From contig CAXXLZ010000002.1 in assembly GCA_963675595.2 (NCBI GenBank), positions 2,272,001-2,336,000 on the forward strand: a DNA stretch of 64,000 bases, written 5' to 3'. The notes under the pieces were generated by a model, which ran no database searches, was not told where the DNA came from, and saw only the letters and a program-made list of their open reading frames with translations. Position numbers and translations under genes: made by a program. This DNA is from Thermodesulfobacteriota bacterium. Lineage in GTDB: Bacteria > Desulfobacterota > Desulfarculia > JACQYL01. Positions 60,053-64,000 of this stretch are shown here, in pieces; the first letter of the stretch is position 1; every line of letters starts with the position of its first letter.

Positions 60053-60655
60053 CTATTCCGTTTCCTCACCCAGTTGATATCGCATGAATCGGCGAATGTT
60101 GATGTTCTCACCGATCGAAGCAATGGTTTCATTCAGAAGATCTTTGACCTTCTTATCCGGGTCCTTCACAAAGGCCTGCTCCAAAAGACATACCTCGGTT
60201 TTGTACTTCTGGAGCTTGCCGTCGACGATCTTGTCAACCACCTTCTCGGGTTTTCCGGATTCCAAAGCCTGCTGCCGGTAGATCTCCCGTTCCTTGTTCA
60301 GAAGGTCCTCGGGCAATTCCTCGGGCGACACACAAACCGGGTTGGAAGCCGCTACCTGCATTGCGATGTCTTTGACGAATTCAACAAAACTTTCGTTCTT
60401 GGCCACAAAGTCCGTTTCACAGTTGACTTCGACCAGCACGCCCAGCTTTCCGCCGGCGTGGATATAGGAATGGACCAAGCCCTGAGAAGTGGCTCGCCCC
60501 GCCCTTTTTTGGGCGGTAGCCAGACCCTTCAAACGAAGATACTCCACCGCCTTTTCGAAATCGCCATCGCTTTCCGCGAGGGCTTTCTTACAGTCCATCA
60601 TGCCCGCGTTGGTCTTTTCGCGCAGTTCCTTGACCATTTCTGCCGTTACTTTCAA
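60053..60655 (-). CDS. tsf: Elongation factor Ts (short form)
   Basis: [37 protein letters not shown]. Confidence 0.97.
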   Translation of the reverse strand: MKVTAEMVKELREKTNAGMMDCKKALAESDGDFEKAVEYLRLKGLATAQKRAGRATSQGLVHSYIHAGGKLGVLVEVNCETDFVAKNESFVEFVKDIAMQVAASNPVCVSPEELPEDLLNKEREIYRQQALESGKPEKVVDKIVDGKLQKYKTEVCLLEQAFVKDPDKKVKDLLNETIASIGENINIRRFMRYQLGEETE

Positions 60656-60770
60656 AACGGAAACCCTCCTTGCCTAACGCCGCCGGAGTATTCAAGCCGC
60701 GATCACATATTCAATCGAACAAACCAATTCCATGAGAGAGTAGGATTCCGGCACCCTGTGGACGAAAAGA

Positions 60771-61646
60771 CTATTCCGCAGGTGTCGCCGTTGTCGCCTC
60801 CGGGGTCTCTCCCGTGCCCTGAGAGGCTTTTTCACGATTGATGATCAGCACTTCGGGACCCGGGGAGTCCTTCCCGGAAGCCATTGGCGCGACGCTTCCG
60901 GCAACGTCGGGAGACGGACCCTCCATCTCCCCTTTGTCGACCAGGGCCTGCTTGGCGGCGTCCTTGCGGTCGATGCCGTCCAGACACGCGTCGGCAATCT
61001 TGGAAGTGATCAGACGGATCGCACGAATGGCGTCATCATTTCCCGGAATCACGTAATCGATGTTTTCCGGATCGCAATTGGAATCCACAATGGCGACCAC
61101 GGGGATGTTCAGTTTATTGGCTTCTTTGACGGCAATGGCCTCTTTCTTGGGATCCACCACGAATAAGGCCCCGGGAAGTCTGCCCATATCCTTGATCCCG
61201 CCCAAGGTACGGTTCAGTTTAACGACTTCCTTTTCCATGTTGAGGATTTCTTTCTTGGGGAACTTGTTGATGGATCCGTCCTGCTTCATCGCCTCAAGTT
61301 TCTTGAGACGATAGATGCTCTTGGAGATGGTTTCGTAATTGGTCAGGGTTCCGCCCAGCCACCGATGGGCCATATAATACATCCCGCATCGCTGTGACTC
61401 TTCGGTGATGGAGTCGTGAGCCTGTTTCTTGGTACCGACAAAGAGCACGGTTTCATTGCTCTGGACCGTTTCGACGATGAAATCGTACGCGGCCTTGAAC
61501 ATGCCGACGGTCTTCTGAAGGTCGATGATATAGATACCGTTCCTCGCCCCAAAGATATAAGGTTTCATCTTCGGGTTCCAGCGACGGGTTTGATGGCCGA
61601 AATGTACTCCGGCTTCCAACAACTGCTTCATCGTAAGATACGACAT
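60771..61646 (-). CDS. rpsB: 30S ribosomal protein S2
   Basis: [37 protein letters not shown]. Confidence 0.98.
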   Translation of the reverse strand: MSYLTMKQLLEAGVHFGHQTRRWNPKMKPYIFGARNGIYIIDLQKTVGMFKAAYDFIVETVQSNETVLFVGTKKQAHDSITEESQRCGMYYMAHRWLGGTLTNYETISKSIYRLKKLEAMKQDGSINKFPKKEILNMEKEVVKLNRTLGGIKDMGRLPGALFVVDPKKEAIAVKEANKLNIPVVAIVDSNCDPENIDYVIPGNDDAIRAIRLITSKIADACLDGIDRKDAAKQALVDKGEMEGPSPDVAGSVAPMASGKDSPGPEVLIINREKASQGTGETPEATTATPAE

Positions 61647-61661
61647 GACTCCTCCATTCTT

Positions 61662-61761
61662 GGTTTGACCTCCGCCCCAACCAAAAGCCCCGTCATCCGG
61701 AGGCGCGTACGCCGTTTGGGTACGAGCCCACAGACACCAAAGGGACTACGAGGCGTGTGTT
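61662..61761 (-). ncRNA. rpsB leader (t44 / S2 autoregulatory element)
   Basis: Minus strand ACACACGC...GGTG...GGATG...GCGGAGGTCAAACC directly upstream of the rpsB RBS matches my recollection of the conserved rpsB leader ends; boundaries approximate. Confidence 0.65.
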
Positions 61762-61966
61762 CTCCGAGGACCGACCCTGCAAGGCGGTCCGTCACCTTCT
61801 CCAAAACAACGAGATACCGCAGGTGCGGAATTTCCACCGCGGTATCCGGTCGAACAAAGCTGCAATAGATCTCTATAACACAATTTTCATAAGCACACAA
61901 GGAAGAAATTCCACTCCCGGCCACCTCGGACACGGTTCGGATTCGGGCCGCGAATCTCGTTTCCTC

Positions 61967-63451
61967 CTACTTCAGCACCTTCTCATAAATCTCCAGGTAA
62001 CGCCTTCCCGTGTGCTCGCAGGAGAAATCACAACTCATGGCGTTTTGGATCAACTTTCCTCGATGATCCGCATCCCCCATTAATTCGGTTGCTTCTCGAA
62101 GTTTGGCTGTGAATTCGTCCGCCGAAAACCCATCAAACGCGAATCCCCAACCTTCCCCCGTGTCCGGATCGTACGGGCGCACAACGTCGGCCAATCCTCC
62201 CGTTCGCCGAACCACGGGAATGGTCCCGTACTTAATGGCATACATCTGCGCCAAGCCGCTCGGCTCATACTTGCACGGAAGGAGAAGCAGATCCGATCCG
62301 GCCGTTACTTTCCGCACCAGACGATCGTCGGAAACGAATCTCACCCGAATCCTCCCCGGGAAATGTTGCTCCCAGGACTTCAGCTCCTTCCGATAGGATT
62401 CTTCTCCGTCGCCCGCCACCACCAGAGTCACATTCAGGTTCATGAGATTCCGCATGGCCTGGACGATCAGCCCGGTCCCTTTGTGCTCCACCAGACGCGA
62501 AACCCACCCCAGAACCAGTCCGTCCCGATATTTGGAATCCAACTCCAGTTCCTGAAAGAGCCGATCCCTGCAAACCTTTTTGCCGGACAGGTCCTTCGGA
62601 CCGTAATTCGCCGCAATTTCCGTGTCGGTCTCAGGATTCCACACGTCATAGTCCACACCCGGCAGAACCCCCTGAAAATCTTCCCCCCTACGGTTGACGA
62701 CCCCTTCCATGCCCAACCCGTACTGGGGGGTACGCACTTCCCGGGCATACGTAGGGCTGACCGTGGTCACCGCGTCGGAAAAGACAATACCGGCTTTCAG
62801 CAGGCTGATTTGTCCCCAGAACTCGATTCCTTCGAGATTATAAAGAGAGAAAGGGAGGCCCGTGACCGCGAGCTTCTCCGGCGGAAAGTTTCCCTGGTAG
62901 GCCGCGTTGTGAAAGGAGAACACCGTGGAGGTCTTATAAAAGAACGGATCGTTTCCGTACAGGCTACGCAGGAAGACGCTTACCGCTCCGGTTTCCCAGT
63001 CGTGGAGATGGACGATGCCCGGTCGAAAGCCGATGCGTTTCGCCAGCAGAATCCCGGCCCTGCTGAAAAAAATAAAGCGCTCCAGGTTATCGAAATAATC
63101 CCCGATCTGCCGAGAGCCGTAGAAATTCGGCCGATCGAACAAATCCTCCCGATCGAAGAAGTATACCGATCCCCCGTCCGATTCCGTCGTCCGCCAGACG
63201 TCCGTGACCAGAACCTGGTCTCCGAGGGGCACTTCCATCTTCTCGATCACCGGTTCGAATTCGCAGCCGGACTCCTTCGCGCTTCGGTAAAAAGGCAAAG
63301 CCACCCTGACATCGGCCCCCAACTTTCTTAGAGACTTGGCCAGGGACGCCGAAGCGTCGCCCAGCCCGCCCAATTTGGCATAGGGGCTGACTTCGGAGGC
63401 CAAAATGAGGACTTTCAGCTGTTTGTTCCGGTCCACAGGTTCCATTTCCAT
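61967..63451 (-). CDS. glgA: Glycogen synthase (GT5)
   Basis: SEVSPYAKLGGLGD, HDW, FHN.AYQG, VSPTYAREV, SRL..HKG, YEPSGL.QM, RTGGLAD. Confidence 0.92.
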   Translation of the reverse strand: MEMEPVDRNKQLKVLILASEVSPYAKLGGLGDASASLAKSLRKLGADVRVALPFYRSAKESGCEFEPVIEKMEVPLGDQVLVTDVWRTTESDGGSVYFFDREDLFDRPNFYGSRQIGDYFDNLERFIFFSRAGILLAKRIGFRPGIVHLHDWETGAVSVFLRSLYGNDPFFYKTSTVFSFHNAAYQGNFPPEKLAVTGLPFSLYNLEGIEFWGQISLLKAGIVFSDAVTTVSPTYAREVRTPQYGLGMEGVVNRRGEDFQGVLPGVDYDVWNPETDTEIAANYGPKDLSGKKVCRDRLFQELELDSKYRDGLVLGWVSRLVEHKGTGLIVQAMRNLMNLNVTLVVAGDGEESYRKELKSWEQHFPGRIRVRFVSDDRLVRKVTAGSDLLLLPCKYEPSGLAQMYAIKYGTIPVVRRTGGLADVVRPYDPDTGEGWGFAFDGFSADEFTAKLREATELMGDADHRGKLIQNAMSCDFSCEHTGRRYLEIYEKVLK

Positions 63452-63478
63452 TGTCGTATCCCTAGCCCAGCATGAACC

Positions 63479-64000
63479 CTATTCGAAATGGGAGGAGGAG
63501 TCGGATGACCCGCTCGATCCCGCCACAAGAAAGAATCTCAAATCCATTACATTGGTTCTTGTGGGTCCGGTGCGTACCAGACCGCCGATCCGGTCGAAAA
63601 ACCGGTATGAATCATTATTTTCAAGGAACCGACGCGGGTCCAAATTCAGTCGCTTCGTCTCCTTCTGCAATTCCAGGTCCCAGAAGGCGCCCGCGGCATC
63701 CGTGGGACCATCGGTCCCGTCCGTACCCACGGAAACGGTCAGCACCCCGTCAACTCCTTCCAGTTCGATGGCCGACGCGAGAACGAACTCCATGTTCCGT
63801 CCCCCCAGCCCGCCTCCCGTCACCTTGACCGTGGTTTCCCCCCCCGACAGGATACAGGCCGGAGGAGAAACCGGATTCCCGGTCGCGAGTACCTCGAGGG
63901 CCACGGCACAAAGCACCCGAGCCGCTTCCCGGGTCTCCCCCCCGATGCGCGATGACAGCACCACAGGCCGGTACCCCAACGAATTCGCCTCCGCCGCCGA
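63479..64000 (-). CDS. Glycerate kinase, MOFRL family (3' part; starts beyond window end)
   Basis: GGETTV.V.G.G.GGRN.E, GTDGTDGPTDAAG, TGPTRTNVMD. Confidence 0.9.
   Translation of the reverse strand, partial: SAAEANSLGYRPVVLSSRIGGETREAARVLCAVALEVLATGNPVSPPACILSGGETTVKVTGGGLGGRNMEFVLASAIELEGVDGVLTVSVGTDGTDGPTDAAGAFWDLELQKETKRLNLDPRRFLENNDSYRFFDRIGGLVRTGPTRTNVMDLRFFLVAGSSGSSDSSSHFE

Noticed and set aside
60053-60655. Short (200-aa) EF-Ts as a truncation
   Set aside because: Short EF-Ts is a normal form in several phyla, and all expected motifs are present.
1-64000. CRISPR arrays, tRNA, rRNA, tmRNA, SRP or RNase P RNA
   Set aside because: No regularly spaced repeats or cloverleaf-compatible sequences were seen; GTTCGA hits (for example near 16627 and 29627) lack tRNA context. 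Manual reading could miss divergent RNAs.

Overview
GC-rich (roughly 58-60% by eye) bacterial DNA. Gene content and order point to an anaerobic Desulfobacterota/deltaproteobacterial genome (inference). Most of the window is core housekeeping: ileS (partial), glgP, nagZ, a BirA-boxed bioA-bioF-bioD operon, mtaB-mnmA, hisS-aspS, class II fba, asd-pssA-psd, the rpsB-tsf-frr-uppS-cdsA-dxr-rseP-tsaB cluster (with pyrH absent), glgA and a partial glycerate kinase. Accessory or unusual parts: (i) a three-gene chimeric scar after bioD (sigma-54 activator HTH tail + RND adaptor fragment + RND permease C-terminus); (ii) a Ski2/HelY-like helicase; (iii) an HpnL/HpnN/DedA-like lipid-transport trio; (iv) a TRAP transporter whose dctP is frameshifted in its signal peptide; (v) a 1.7-kb IS with 15-bp inverted ends, a 9-bp target duplication and a doubly frameshifted transposase; (vi) an orphan fliN preceded by an acidic disordered protein carrying six FliM-N/CheZ-C-like 'SQDDIDALL' motifs, with a candidate sigma-54 promoter and enhancer palindrome; (vii) a ~1550-aa membrane-anchored TPR protein; (viii) a multi-PAS hybrid kinase plus MCP; (ix) a 68-aa protein whose cysteine spacing resembles the eukaryotic CNOT4-type C4C4 RING finger. 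The best candidates for undescribed biology are (vi) and (ix). I recognised no tRNA, rRNA or CRISPR array. All calls come from manual reading; no searches were run.
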